Below are positions 48,416 to 58,460 of a DNA stretch of 64,000 nucleotides, piece after piece (the stretch's first letter is position 1; every line of letters begins with the position of its first letter). Below the pieces are notes generated by a model. The model did not search any database. It was not told the DNA's origin and worked only from the letters and a program-made list of their open reading frames with translations. Source of the stretch: an uncultured Prevotellaceae bacterium (GTDB lineage: Bacteria > Bacteroidota > Bacteroidia > Bacteroidales > Bacteroidaceae); contig CACZVN010000002.1 in NCBI GenBank assembly GCA_902784615.1, positions 31,321-95,320 on the forward strand, written 5' to 3'. Both the position numbers and the translations under genes were made by a program.

Positions 48416-49395
48416 TATTTAAACAAAGAATATTCGGGCACACTCCATGCGAGGGCACTGGCGCCCAGCACATCACGCTCACGATCGTCAAGTTTCGACA
48501 ATAGGATTCTGACCTTACCTTTTAGGTTTCCAAAGACATGAGCCTCATACGACTCATAAGCAGGATCAACAATCCATTTGCCTGCATGCGAGATACCACC
48601 CGTCAGGATGATGGCCTCCGGATCGATGAGAGATGCATAGTTAGCCAAACCAACACCCAGCATATAACCAGTACGACGGAATACTTCGATGGCCATCTCG
48701 TCACCCTTGTCACAACACTCTGCGATGGTGCGTGGCGAAAGTTTCTCAAGATCACGCATCAGCGTGGGCTTGTCAGACTCCGCCATCAGTTCCTTGGCCG
48801 TCCGCACGATGCCCACAGCACCGACATACGATTCCAGACACCCCTGATGACCGCAGCCGCACTCACGGCCGCCATCCACCACACAGGTATGACCGAATTC
48901 ACCGGCAAAGCCATGATGGCCCTGATGTTCGTGGCCCGCAGAGAAGATGCAACTGCCTACGCCTACACCAAGACTGATGATGACGAAGTTCTGCATACCA
49001 TGGGCACTGCCAAAGGTATGTTCGCCCAGTGCAGAAATATGCGCATCGTTAGCCAATCCGACAGCCAGTCCCAGGCGGTCTCTGAGCATAGCAGCCAAAG
49101 GCACCACGCCTTTCCAAGGAAGATTGGGTGCGTTCTCAAGACATCCTGTTACCGAGCTGGCACTCGGAGAACTGACACCTATAGAACGGATGGTTTCATA
49201 ACCACCATTTGCTTCTACAAGCATCACTATTTTTTCACTCAAAGCTGTCACGAAATTGTTCACATCGGGATAGTCTGAAGTCCCGAATGAATCTTCCGCC
49301 AGGATATTTCCACGAATATCTACAATGGCGTATGTGGTACTTTCAGTACTGATATCAACTCCGACAACTTTTGTTTTAAGGTTATACTCCTCCAT
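48415..49395 (-). CDS. ROK-family protein (degenerate glucokinase-like), copy 3
   Basis: NDAH, GEFGH and CGCG..GCLE motifs; ends EYSLFK. Confidence 0.88.
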   Translation of the reverse strand: MEEYNLKTKVVGVDISTESTTYAIVDIRGNILAEDSFGTSDYPDVNNFVTALSEKIVMLVEANGGYETIRSIGVSSPSASSVTGCLENAPNLPWKGVVPLAAMLRDRLGLAVGLANDAHISALGEHTFGSAHGMQNFVIISLGVGVGSCIFSAGHEHQGHHGFAGEFGHTCVVDGGRECGCGHQGCLESYVGAVGIVRTAKELMAESDKPTLMRDLEKLSPRTIAECCDKGDEMAIEVFRRTGYMLGVGLANYASLIDPEAIILTGGISHAGKWIVDPAYESYEAHVFGNLKGKVRILLSKLDDRERDVLGASALAWSVPEYSLFK

Positions 49396-49406
49396 AGGTT
49401 TAGTTA

Positions 49407-50390
49407 TTATTTAAACAAAGAATACTCTTTCACATCCCATGCCAAAGCACTGGCACCCAGCACATCGCGCTCGCCCTCCTTCAGAATTGAAACGAGCAGA
49501 CGGGTTGCTCCTTGGATATTATGGAACACATGTTCTTCGAACGATTTACGCATCGGCTTCAGCAACCATTTTCCTGCCTGCATCATATCACCCGTCAGGA
49601 TGATAGCCTCAGGATTCAATATAGAAGCATAATTGGCTAGTCCTACGCCAAGCATAAAGCCCAGGCGCCGGAAAGTCTCAATAGCTACACGGTCACCCTG
49701 ATCACAATAATAGGTCACGGTCTGGACACTGATATTCTTCAGGTCTCTCAATGCTGAAGGTTCACCCTCTGCAAGCAGTTCTTCCACTGTCTTAACAAGA
49801 CCCTTGTCAGAACAATAGGTCTCCAGACATCCTCTACGACCGCAGCCGCATTGACGACCATTGACTTCCACGCAGCAGTGGCCTACCTCTCCTGCAAAGC
49901 CGTCCACGCCCAGATGAGGCTTATCGTCCATGAAGATACAACTGCCCAGTCCTCCGTGACTGATTGATACCACCACGAAGTCCTTCAAACCGTGGGCACT
50001 GCCATAGGCTTTTTCACCAAGTGCGGTGACATGGGCATCGTTAGCCAAAGCCACAGCCAGTCCCAGTCTGTCACGCAACATCGCAGCCAGTGGTATGACA
50101 CCCTTCCACGGCATATTAGCAGCATTCTCAATACTACCCGTCATATAATTGCCACTTGGTGCACTGATACCTACGGAACGCACCTTGTCGTAACCGCCAT
50201 TCTCCTCCACCAACATGATGATTTTCTCACTGAGTGCAGTGACATAGTCGGATACGTCAGGATAATCCGCCGTATTGAAATAGTCCGTCGCGATAATCTC
50301 GCCACGGATATCCACCAATGCAAAGGTAGTCTTTACTTCACGAATATCAACGCCAACAACTCGGGTTTTGATCTGATCTACCGATTCCAT
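49407..50390 (-). CDS. ROK-family protein (degenerate glucokinase-like), copy 2
   Basis: NDAH, GEVGH and CGCG..GCLE motifs; ends EYSLFK. Confidence 0.88.
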   Translation of the reverse strand: MESVDQIKTRVVGVDIREVKTTFALVDIRGEIIATDYFNTADYPDVSDYVTALSEKIIMLVEENGGYDKVRSVGISAPSGNYMTGSIENAANMPWKGVIPLAAMLRDRLGLAVALANDAHVTALGEKAYGSAHGLKDFVVVSISHGGLGSCIFMDDKPHLGVDGFAGEVGHCCVEVNGRQCGCGRRGCLETYCSDKGLVKTVEELLAEGEPSALRDLKNISVQTVTYYCDQGDRVAIETFRRLGFMLGVGLANYASILNPEAIILTGDMMQAGKWLLKPMRKSFEEHVFHNIQGATRLLVSILKEGERDVLGASALAWDVKEYSLFK

Positions 50391-50401
50391 ATGATATTGC
50401 T

Positions 50402-51382
50402 TTATTTAAACAAGGAATATTCCTTTACCTCCCAAGCCAGCACGCTTGCTCCCAGGATGTTGCGATCTCTCTCGTCCAATTCAGAAGAAAGGAATTTCAC
50501 CTTACCCCGGATATTATGGAATACATGTTCCTCAAAGGCTTTCTGGGCAGGTTCCATCAGCCACTTTCCAGTTTTTGTGATTCCTCCAGTGAAGATGATA
50601 GCCTCAGGATCAATCACAGAGGCATAATTGGCAAGGCCAAGACCCAGGTATTCTCCCGTACGACGGAAAGTCTCAATAGCCATCGCATCACCCTTGTTAC
50701 ATAACTCCGCAATCACCTTTGGCGTCAATTGGGCCACACGACGCATCTCTGTCGGCTCACTCGACTCAGCCATGACCTCACGGGCCGTTCGGATAATGCC
50801 CTTCGTGGCCGTGTAGGCTTCCAGACAACCTTTGTTGCCACAGCCACACAGGCGGCCATCATGCTCCACACATGTATGTCCTATCTCTCCTGCATAGCCG
50901 TCAGAACCCAGTTTAACACTCCCGTCAGTAAAAATAGAACTGCCCAATCCTGAACCCAAGGTAATGACAATAAAATCACGCATACCGTGAGCACAGCCGA
51001 AAGCATGCTCACCCAAAGCCACAACATGGGAATTATTAGCAACGGCGACAGCCAGTCCCAGTCTGTCACGCAACAAGGCAGACAGAGGGATAACACCTTT
51101 CCATGGGAAATTAGGAGAGTTTACGATACTACCCGACTTGAAGTTTGAACTTGGCGCACTGACACCCACCGAACGGATGGTCTCAAAACCGCCATTTGCC
51201 TCAACCAACTTAATGATTCCTTCACAAAGTGCAGTGATGAAGGCACCTATCTCCGGATAATCCTCTGTGGGGAAACTGTCTTTAGCCAATATGTTACCTC
51301 TTACATCAACAACAGCATAAGACGTTGCATCCAGACTGATATCAACACCTACAACACGTTTCTTTACTATTGATTCCTCCAT
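50402..51382 (-). CDS. ROK-family protein (degenerate glucokinase-like), copy 1
   Basis: GEIGH and CGCG..GCLE motifs; ends EYSLFK. Start could instead be 51388. Confidence 0.88.
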   Translation of the reverse strand: MEESIVKKRVVGVDISLDATSYAVVDVRGNILAKDSFPTEDYPEIGAFITALCEGIIKLVEANGGFETIRSVGVSAPSSNFKSGSIVNSPNFPWKGVIPLSALLRDRLGLAVAVANNSHVVALGEHAFGCAHGMRDFIVITLGSGLGSSIFTDGSVKLGSDGYAGEIGHTCVEHDGRLCGCGNKGCLEAYTATKGIIRTAREVMAESSEPTEMRRVAQLTPKVIAELCNKGDAMAIETFRRTGEYLGLGLANYASVIDPEAIIFTGGITKTGKWLMEPAQKAFEEHVFHNIRGKVKFLSSELDERDRNILGASVLAWEVKEYSLFK

Positions 51383-51538
51383 TGTCATCAAGTTACTTTA
51401 GATGTGGCAAATATAAACATTTTTCCAAAACCGTGCAAATCTTTGTGCTTTTTTTTGCAAATATTTACCCTATCCTTGTGTTTTTCGGGATATTTTCGTA
51501 ACTTTGCACCCATAAAAGCAAAAAATATCAAGAAAAAG

Positions 51539-53326
51539 ATGAACGTTTTAGAACTCAGTGAACAGGAAATCGGCAGGCGGGAAAGTCTGCAACAACTGCG
51601 CGAAATGGGTATTAACCCCTACCCCGCAGCAGAGTTCCCCGTAACAGCATGGAGCACAGATATCATTAACGAATTCGAGGATCTTCCCATCATAGGTAAA
51701 GACGAGGAGGGCAACGATGTGCGCGAGACAGCCACACCAGAAAACAGTCGCATGGTGAGCATTGCCGGACGCATCATGAGCAAGAGCGTCATGGGAAAAG
51801 CAGCCTTTGCAAAGTTGCAGGACTCCAAGGGACGTATTCAGATATATGTACAGCGCGACTCTATCTGTCCAGGTGAAAACAAGGACTTATATAACATTGT
51901 ATATAAGAAACTCCTCGACTTAGGAGACTTCATTGGTGTGAAAGGATACGTATTCCGTACAAAAACGGGTGAGATCAGCGTTCACGTGATGGAAATGACC
52001 GTATTGAGCAAGAGTCTGAAGCCGCTACCAGTGGTTAAGACGGATGCTGATGGTAAGGTTTACGATGCCTTCGACGATCCTGAATTGCGCTATCGTCAGC
52101 GCTACGTTGACCTCATTGTGAATGCAGGCGTCAAAGAAACCTTCCTCAAGCGTGCAACCATCATCCGCACCCTGCGTAACATTCTCGACAATGCAGGTTA
52201 CACGGAGGTTGACACTCCTATCCTGCAGAACATCGCAGGTGGTGCCAGTGCCCGCCCGTTCATCACCCATTTCAATGCGCTCAATCAGGATATGTATATG
52301 CGTATTGCCACAGAGCTTTACCTGAAACGACTGATTGTTGGTGGTTTCGAGGGTGTCTATGAGATGGGCAAGAACTTCCGCAACGAGGGTATGGACAAGA
52401 CCCACAACCCTGAGTTCACCTGTATGGAGCTCTACGTCAGCTATAAGGATCTGCTGTGGGGCATGACCTTTACGGAGAACATGCTCGAGCAGATCTGTAC
52501 GGCTGTCAATGGTAAGCCCGAGGTGGAGATTGATGGTAACATCATCTCTTTCAAGGCTCCTTTCCGTCGTCTGCCCATCCTCGACGCCATCAAGGAGAAG
52601 ACAGGCTTCGATTGCGACGGCAAGTCTGAGGACGAAATCCGTCAGTTCTGTCTTTCTAAGGGCATGGATGTCGATGAGACCATGGGTAAGGGTAAGCTCA
52701 TCGATGAGCTGTTTGGAGAGTTCTGCGAAGGCTCATTCATCCAGCCCACATTTATCACTGATTATCCCGTAGAGATGTCACCACTCACCAAGATGCACCG
52801 CTCCAAGCCCGGACTCACGGAGCGTTTCGAACTGATGGTCAATGGTAAGGAGTTGGCCAATGCCTACTCTGAGCTCAATGATCCCATCGACCAGGAGGAG
52901 CGTTTCGTGGAGCAGATGAAACTTGCCGACAAGGGCGATGACGAGGCCATGATCATCGATCAGGATTTCCTGCGTGCCCTGCAGTACGGCATGCCTCCCA
53001 CCTTTGGTATTGGCATTGGCATCGACCGTCTGGTGATGCTGCTTACAGGCAAGTTCGCCATTGGCGAGGTGATGCTGTTCCCCCAGATGAAGCCCGAGAA
53101 GAAGATTCCTCAGAGCACACCCGCCGAGTGGGCAGAGATTGGTGTAGCCGAAGATTGGGTACCCGTGCTCCGCAAGGCTGGCTTTAACCTGATTTCGAAC
53201 ATCAAGGACGAAAAGGCTCAGGGCCTCCAGCAGAAGATTGGCGACATCGTCAAGAAATACAAGCTCGACATGCAGAAGCCCTCTGTCGATGATATCCAGA
53301 AATGGATTGATGCTGCCAACAAATAA
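51539..53326 (+). CDS. lysS: Lysine--tRNA ligase (class II) with C-terminal extension
   Basis: RYRQRY, GGASARPF, RIATELYLK, FRNEG, HNPEF and GIGIDR motifs; start at ATG 51539, after the -7 box. Confidence 0.97.
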   Translation: MNVLELSEQEIGRRESLQQLREMGINPYPAAEFPVTAWSTDIINEFEDLPIIGKDEEGNDVRETATPENSRMVSIAGRIMSKSVMGKAAFAKLQDSKGRIQIYVQRDSICPGENKDLYNIVYKKLLDLGDFIGVKGYVFRTKTGEISVHVMEMTVLSKSLKPLPVVKTDADGKVYDAFDDPELRYRQRYVDLIVNAGVKETFLKRATIIRTLRNILDNAGYTEVDTPILQNIAGGASARPFITHFNALNQDMYMRIATELYLKRLIVGGFEGVYEMGKNFRNEGMDKTHNPEFTCMELYVSYKDLLWGMTFTENMLEQICTAVNGKPEVEIDGNIISFKAPFRRLPILDAIKEKTGFDCDGKSEDEIRQFCLSKGMDVDETMGKGKLIDELFGEFCEGSFIQPTFITDYPVEMSPLTKMHRSKPGLTERFELMVNGKELANAYSELNDPIDQEERFVEQMKLADKGDDEAMIIDQDFLRALQYGMPPTFGIGIGIDRLVMLLTGKFAIGEVMLFPQMKPEKKIPQSTPAEWAEIGVAEDWVPVLRKAGFNLISNIKDEKAQGLQQKIGDIVKKYKLDMQKPSVDDIQKWIDAANK

Positions 53327-53349
53327 AAATCCTACAAAAAAGCTTGAAT

Positions 53350-54345
53350 ATGTTTGACTGTGGAAAGATAGCGATTATCGGAGGCGGCAGTTGGGCGACA
53401 GCCATTGCCAAGATTGTGGTGAGTCACACCCACCACATTGGTTGGTATATGCGTCGCGACGACCGTATCGAGGATTTTCGCCGACTCGGGCACAACCCCG
53501 CCTATCTCACCAGCGTCCACTTCAACACGGATGAAATCCATTTCGACAGCGACCTGAACCGTATCGCCCAGCAGTACGACACACTGGTCTTCGTCACCCC
53601 TTCACCCTATCTGAAGAGCCACCTGAAGAAACTCAAGACGCGCATTCGCGACAAGTTTATCCTCACGGCCATCAAGGGTATTGTGCCTGACGAGAACCTC
53701 GTTTGTTCGGAGTATTTCCATCAGGTCTATGACGTGCCCTACGAGAATATCGCCTGCATCGGCGGTCCTTCCCATGCAGAAGAGGTGGCTCTCGAGCGTC
53801 TCTCCTACCTCACCGTGGGCTGTGCCGATCGCGACAAGGCCCAGGCTTTCTGCGATGTGCTCTCCAGCGAGTACATCAAGACCAAGACCTCTACCGATGT
53901 CGTGGGCATCGAGTATTCCTCTGTTCTGAAGAATGTCTATGCCATCGCCGCGGGCATCTGTTCCGGTTTGAAATATGGCGACAATTTTCAGGCCGTGCTC
54001 ATGTCCAACGCCGTTCAGGAGATGAATCGTTTCCTGACGGCCATCCACCCCTTGGAGCGCAATGCCTACGATAGTGTCTATTTAGGCGACTTGCTCGTCA
54101 CGGGTTACTCTAACTTCTCGCGTAACCGTACCTTCGGAACCATGATCGGCAAGGGTTATAGCGTCAAGTCCGCCCAGATAGAGATGGAGATGATTGCCGA
54201 AGGCTACTTCGGCACGAAGTGCATGAAAGAAATTAACAGACATTGCCACGTCAACATGCCCATTCTCGATGCTGTCTATAACATTCTCTACGAGCGCATC
54301 GCCCCGCAGATTGAAATTAAACTATTAACAGATTCATTTAGATAA
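53350..54345 (+). CDS. gpsA: NAD(P)H-dependent glycerol-3-phosphate dehydrogenase
   Basis: [23 protein letters not shown] and GDLLVT...SRN motifs. Confidence 0.95.
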   Translation: MFDCGKIAIIGGGSWATAIAKIVVSHTHHIGWYMRRDDRIEDFRRLGHNPAYLTSVHFNTDEIHFDSDLNRIAQQYDTLVFVTPSPYLKSHLKKLKTRIRDKFILTAIKGIVPDENLVCSEYFHQVYDVPYENIACIGGPSHAEEVALERLSYLTVGCADRDKAQAFCDVLSSEYIKTKTSTDVVGIEYSSVLKNVYAIAAGICSGLKYGDNFQAVLMSNAVQEMNRFLTAIHPLERNAYDSVYLGDLLVTGYSNFSRNRTFGTMIGKGYSVKSAQIEMEMIAEGYFGTKCMKEINRHCHVNMPILDAVYNILYERIAPQIEIKLLTDSFR

Positions 54346-54356
54346 AAAACAATTTT

Positions 54357-55712
54357 ATGAGCAACATCAAGTTAGACATCACGAAGGCCGCTTGCTTTTT
54401 GGAAGCCGGCGCAGTAGAGGCTTTCGAGCCGAAAGTAAAGGCAGCCCAGAAGGCTCTTGAAGAGGGCACCTGCCCTGGTAACGATTTCCTTGGATGGCTT
54501 CATCTGCCATCAAGCATCACACCTGCATTTATCGACGAGCTGCAGGCTTGCGCTGATACGCTACGTGCCAACTGCGAGGCTATTGTAGTAGCCGGCATCG
54601 GTGGCAGCTATCTCGGTGCTCGCGCCGTCATTGAGGCTTTGGGAAACAGTTTCGCCTGGCTGGTGGCTGATAAGAAGAATCCCACCATCCTCTTTGCAGG
54701 AAACAATATCGGCGAGGACTATCTCTTCGAACTGACAGAGTATCTGAAAGACAAAAAGTTCGGTGTGATCAACATCTCTAAGAGTGGCACCACCACTGAG
54801 ACCGCCCTCACCTTCCGTCTGCTGAAGAAACAGTGTGAGGCTCAGCGTGGTAAGGAAGAGGCCAAGAAGGTGATCGTAGCCATTACAGACGCCAAGAAGG
54901 GTGCTGCCCGTACTTGTGCCGACAAGGAAGGCTATAAGAGCTTTATCATCCCCGACAATGTGGGTGGTCGTTTCTCCGTGCTCACACCAGTAGGACTGCT
55001 GCCTATTGCCTGCGCTGGTTTCGACATCAAGGAACTGGTGGCTGGTGCTCAGGATATGGAGAAGGCTTGTGCGCCTGATGTACCCTTCGCCGAGAACCCT
55101 GCCGCCCAGTATGCTGCCGTGCGTAACGGTCTATATCAGAGTGGCAAGAAGATTGAGATTATGGTGAACTTCCAGCCGAAACTCCACTTCATGAGCGAGT
55201 GGTGGAAACAGCTCTACGGCGAGAGCGAGGGTAAGGACAACAAGGGTATCTTCCCTGCCAGCGTAGATTTCACCACCGACCTGCACTCTATGGGACAGTG
55301 GATCCAGGAGGGTGAGCGCACCATCTTCGAGACGGTGATCAGTGTGGAGGAGCCTGAGAAGAAGCTGCTCTTCCCCAGTGACGAGGAGAACCTTGACGGT
55401 CTGAACTTCCTGGCTGGCAAGCGCGTCGATGAGGTGAACAAGATGGCAGAACTTGGAACCAAACTGGCTCACGTGGATGGTGGTGTTCCTAACATCCGCA
55501 TCACGATGCCTCGCCTCTCAGAGCGTTATCTGGGTCAGTTGATCTACTTCTTCGAGATCGGTTGTGGCATCAGCGGTAATGTGCTGGGTGTGAACCCGTT
55601 CAACCAGCCTGGTGTGGAGGCCTATAAGAAGAATATGTTTGCCCTGCTCGACAAGCCCGGCTACGAGGCTGATTCCAAGGCCATCAAGGAGCGTCTGGCA
55701 AAGGAAGCATAA
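54357..55712 (+). CDS. pgi: Glucose-6-phosphate isomerase
   Basis: [30 protein letters not shown] and QPGVEAYK motifs. Confidence 0.97.
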   Translation: MSNIKLDITKAACFLEAGAVEAFEPKVKAAQKALEEGTCPGNDFLGWLHLPSSITPAFIDELQACADTLRANCEAIVVAGIGGSYLGARAVIEALGNSFAWLVADKKNPTILFAGNNIGEDYLFELTEYLKDKKFGVINISKSGTTTETALTFRLLKKQCEAQRGKEEAKKVIVAITDAKKGAARTCADKEGYKSFIIPDNVGGRFSVLTPVGLLPIACAGFDIKELVAGAQDMEKACAPDVPFAENPAAQYAAVRNGLYQSGKKIEIMVNFQPKLHFMSEWWKQLYGESEGKDNKGIFPASVDFTTDLHSMGQWIQEGERTIFETVISVEEPEKKLLFPSDEENLDGLNFLAGKRVDEVNKMAELGTKLAHVDGGVPNIRITMPRLSERYLGQLIYFFEIGCGISGNVLGVNPFNQPGVEAYKKNMFALLDKPGYEADSKAIKERLAKEA

Positions 55713-55716
55713 ATGA

Positions 55717-56451
55717 ATGTACGCATTAGCGATTAAGAAATACCTGGAAGAACACGGCTTTGAGGCACTTCGCCCCAGGGCCGTGCTCTTTGACATGGAC
55801 GGCGTGCTCTACGACTCCATGCCCAACCACGCTATTGCCTGGCAGGAGAGTATGGCACAGCAAGGTCTCCAGATGACGGCTGATGATGCCTATGCCACCG
55901 AGGGAGCCCGTGGGGTGGATACCATCCGACTGATGGTGAAGCGACAGTTAGGACGTGTGATCGACGAGGCCAAGGCCCAACGGATGTACGATGTGAAGAG
56001 CCGTATCTTCCACTCATTGCCGGAGGCTCCCGTGATGCCAGGCATTCGGGAACTGATGCAAAAGATCAAGGCAAGCGGTTTACAGGTGGGTGTGGTCACT
56101 GGCAGTGGTCAGCGCCCGCTGATCCAACGGATCCTCAAGGATTTCGGCGACTATGTGGATGAAGCCCATATCACTACGGCCTACGATGTGGAGCGTGGCA
56201 AGCCAAACCCCGATCCTTATCTCATGGGCCTACAGAAGGCCGGAAGCCTCGCGCCCTACGAGGCCATTGTCGTGGAGAATGCTCCTTTGGGTGTTCGTGC
56301 CGGCTATGCTGCCCGCATCTTTACCGTGGCCGTCAATACAGGTCCTCTGCCTGACGAAGAGTTGTTGATGGCTGGTGCCAATCTCATTTTCCCCACCATA
56401 CAGGAGTTCTGCGACCACTGGCATGGTTTGGTACCATTAGACCTATTCTAA
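55717..56451 (+). CDS. HAD-IA hydrolase (beta-phosphoglucomutase-like)
   Basis: FDMDGVLYDS, GKPNPDPY and VENAPLG motifs. Confidence 0.9.
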   Translation: MYALAIKKYLEEHGFEALRPRAVLFDMDGVLYDSMPNHAIAWQESMAQQGLQMTADDAYATEGARGVDTIRLMVKRQLGRVIDEAKAQRMYDVKSRIFHSLPEAPVMPGIRELMQKIKASGLQVGVVTGSGQRPLIQRILKDFGDYVDEAHITTAYDVERGKPNPDPYLMGLQKAGSLAPYEAIVVENAPLGVRAGYAARIFTVAVNTGPLPDEELLMAGANLIFPTIQEFCDHWHGLVPLDLF

Positions 56452-56469
56452 TACTATACAAGGATAGCT

Positions 56470-57027
56470 TCAGACACCCTCCTCTTCTTCTTTTTCCACG
56501 GCACTGGTGTCCATCTGGTCATCACGCTTGATCGTGACATCACCAAAGTTGCTGACGGTAATCACAAGAGGGATATACTCGTCAGTCTGCGGATGACTCA
56601 CACTGCCGGCAAACACCAGGTTATTGCCATCGACCTGATCGAAGACGATGCCCTCAAGGATACCCGTCTGACGATAGTCATCGTCGAGTTGGGCATCGAA
56701 GGCTGCCTTCGTAAAGGTTCTCCCAAAGAACACACTACCGTCGGCTCGGATGATACGCAGCGTGATATGGTTATCCACGAACTGCTGGCCCGTCTCGTCC
56801 TTCACCATACGGAGGCTGTCGTCAGCGACACGCTGGATAGCCACCTGATAGTTCTTACCAAGCCAGACAATATCCTTGGTCTGATCGTATGGCTGCATAC
56901 GGATAGGTGCCTTAGGCTTGGGAGTCTCCACCGTAGGAACGATAATATCGTTGGATTTCTTCTTCTGCGCACAACTGGCCACAAGAAGTACCGTCAGCAG
57001 GACGGTCATCAGTCGGATTGCTTTCAT
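56470..57027 (-). CDS. Lipoprotein (DUF4738-like)
   Basis: Lipobox VASC; DN.I.L and SVSHPQTDEYIP motifs. Family call is from memory. Confidence 0.7.
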   Translation of the reverse strand: MKAIRLMTVLLTVLLVASCAQKKKSNDIIVPTVETPKPKAPIRMQPYDQTKDIVWLGKNYQVAIQRVADDSLRMVKDETGQQFVDNHITLRIIRADGSVFFGRTFTKAAFDAQLDDDYRQTGILEGIVFDQVDGNNLVFAGSVSHPQTDEYIPLVITVSNFGDVTIKRDDQMDTSAVEKEEEEGV

Positions 57028-57163
57028 CTTGACAAGAATTTTCTGCAAAGATACAACTAAATTTCAACAAACAAGAAAAAAAAGGGCGAACATTTAGCGA
57101 ATTGGCATTTTTTTACTAACTTTGCCAGCAAATTATCAGCAAACTGAAAAATTACCTTTCAAG

Positions 57164-57847
57164 ATGAGAAAATACGTGCTCTTCACCTGTGCGGTGCTCG
57201 TGGTTCTGGGACTGCTGTTCTGCCACAGCCGGATCGTACACGAGGATACTGAGACCCCCGCCCCCGTGGTGCAGGCCATCGACACGGTACCCATGCTTGT
57301 GACACAGGTGCAGCAATGTGCCAAACTCTACACGGCAGAGTATCGTGTGCACAAGATCATCACCCACGACGATGTGGTGCGCCTGAAGGGGACGGTACTA
57401 CAGCGAGATTTCAACTTCAAGGTTCCACTGGGCGACCGTAAGATTGCCATCCCGATGGACGCGAAGTTGAAAGCCTACATCGATTTCAGCCAGTTTTCTG
57501 AAAAGAATATCGAACGCCAGGGCAACAGGATCACCATCCTACTGCCTGATCCTAAGGTGACCATGACCAGTTCGAAGATCGATCAGAAGAATGTCAGACA
57601 ATATGTGGCCCTGACACGGGCCTATTTCAGTGATGCCGAACTGGCCAACTACCAGCAACAGGGACGTGCGGCCATCATTGCCGACATACCGAAGTTGGGC
57701 ATCTTAGAGACGGCTCAGGCCAATGCAGCGAAGGTACTCGTGCCGATGCTGAAGGACATGGGCTACGAAGAGAAGAACATCACCGTCGCCTTCCGTAAGC
57801 AATACGGGGCTGACGACATTCTGCAACTGATAAGAAGTGAAGAGTGA
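57164..57847 (+). CDS. DUF4230-like membrane-anchored protein
   Basis: N-terminal TM; AYIDF...ITILLPDP and A..NA...L..ML..MGY motifs. Confidence 0.75.
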   Translation: MRKYVLFTCAVLVVLGLLFCHSRIVHEDTETPAPVVQAIDTVPMLVTQVQQCAKLYTAEYRVHKIITHDDVVRLKGTVLQRDFNFKVPLGDRKIAIPMDAKLKAYIDFSQFSEKNIERQGNRITILLPDPKVTMTSSKIDQKNVRQYVALTRAYFSDAELANYQQQGRAAIIADIPKLGILETAQANAAKVLVPMLKDMGYEEKNITVAFRKQYGADDILQLIRSEE

Positions 57848-58437
57848 TGAAGGTTCTTACTTATATTAAAATAGGTACGGGCGCGTTGGTCGTCGTGTTG
57901 CTCATCATGGGGTTCTTCTGGCTAAAGAATCTGACGAAGAACGATCATATCGATTTCGGCCCTGACGAAGATATCGACATCACGCCCACACAGATACAGA
58001 GTATCAAGGCCATCGGCGAATGGGAGTTCCTGTCCGTCAGTGCTGAGGAACTGGTGGATACGACGCGCAGGAGACTCCTCATGAAGGATGAACTGGCACG
58101 CATCTACTATGGCACACTGAGCTTAGGTGTGGACATGCACCAGGTGAAACCGGGCTGGATCAAGACCAGCGGCGACTCCATCACGATGACCCTGCCTGCG
58201 ATCGGACTGCTGGATAAGGACTTCATCGACGAGGCCCGTACAAGACCCTTCTACGAAAGCGGCTCATGGACAGCAGAAGACCGCGAGATACTCTTTAAGA
58301 AAGCCTACAGGATGATGACGCAGCACTGTCTGACCAAGGAAAACCTACAGGCAGCAGAGGCCAATGGCCAAGAGCAATTCAGGAATATGCTTCAGTCGAT
58401 GGGCTATAAGCACGTGAAAATCACGTTTGAAAAGTAA
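57847..58437 (+). CDS. DUF4230-like membrane-anchored protein (paralog)
   Basis: N-terminal TM; GVDM...ITMTLP and AEANG...MLQSMGY motifs; TGATG overlap with the previous gene. Confidence 0.75.
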   Translation: MKVLTYIKIGTGALVVVLLIMGFFWLKNLTKNDHIDFGPDEDIDITPTQIQSIKAIGEWEFLSVSAEELVDTTRRRLLMKDELARIYYGTLSLGVDMHQVKPGWIKTSGDSITMTLPAIGLLDKDFIDEARTRPFYESGSWTAEDREILFKKAYRMMTQHCLTKENLQAAEANGQEQFRNMLQSMGYKHVKITFEK

Positions 58438-58460
58438 AAGGTAAAAAAAGCAAAAGAGAT

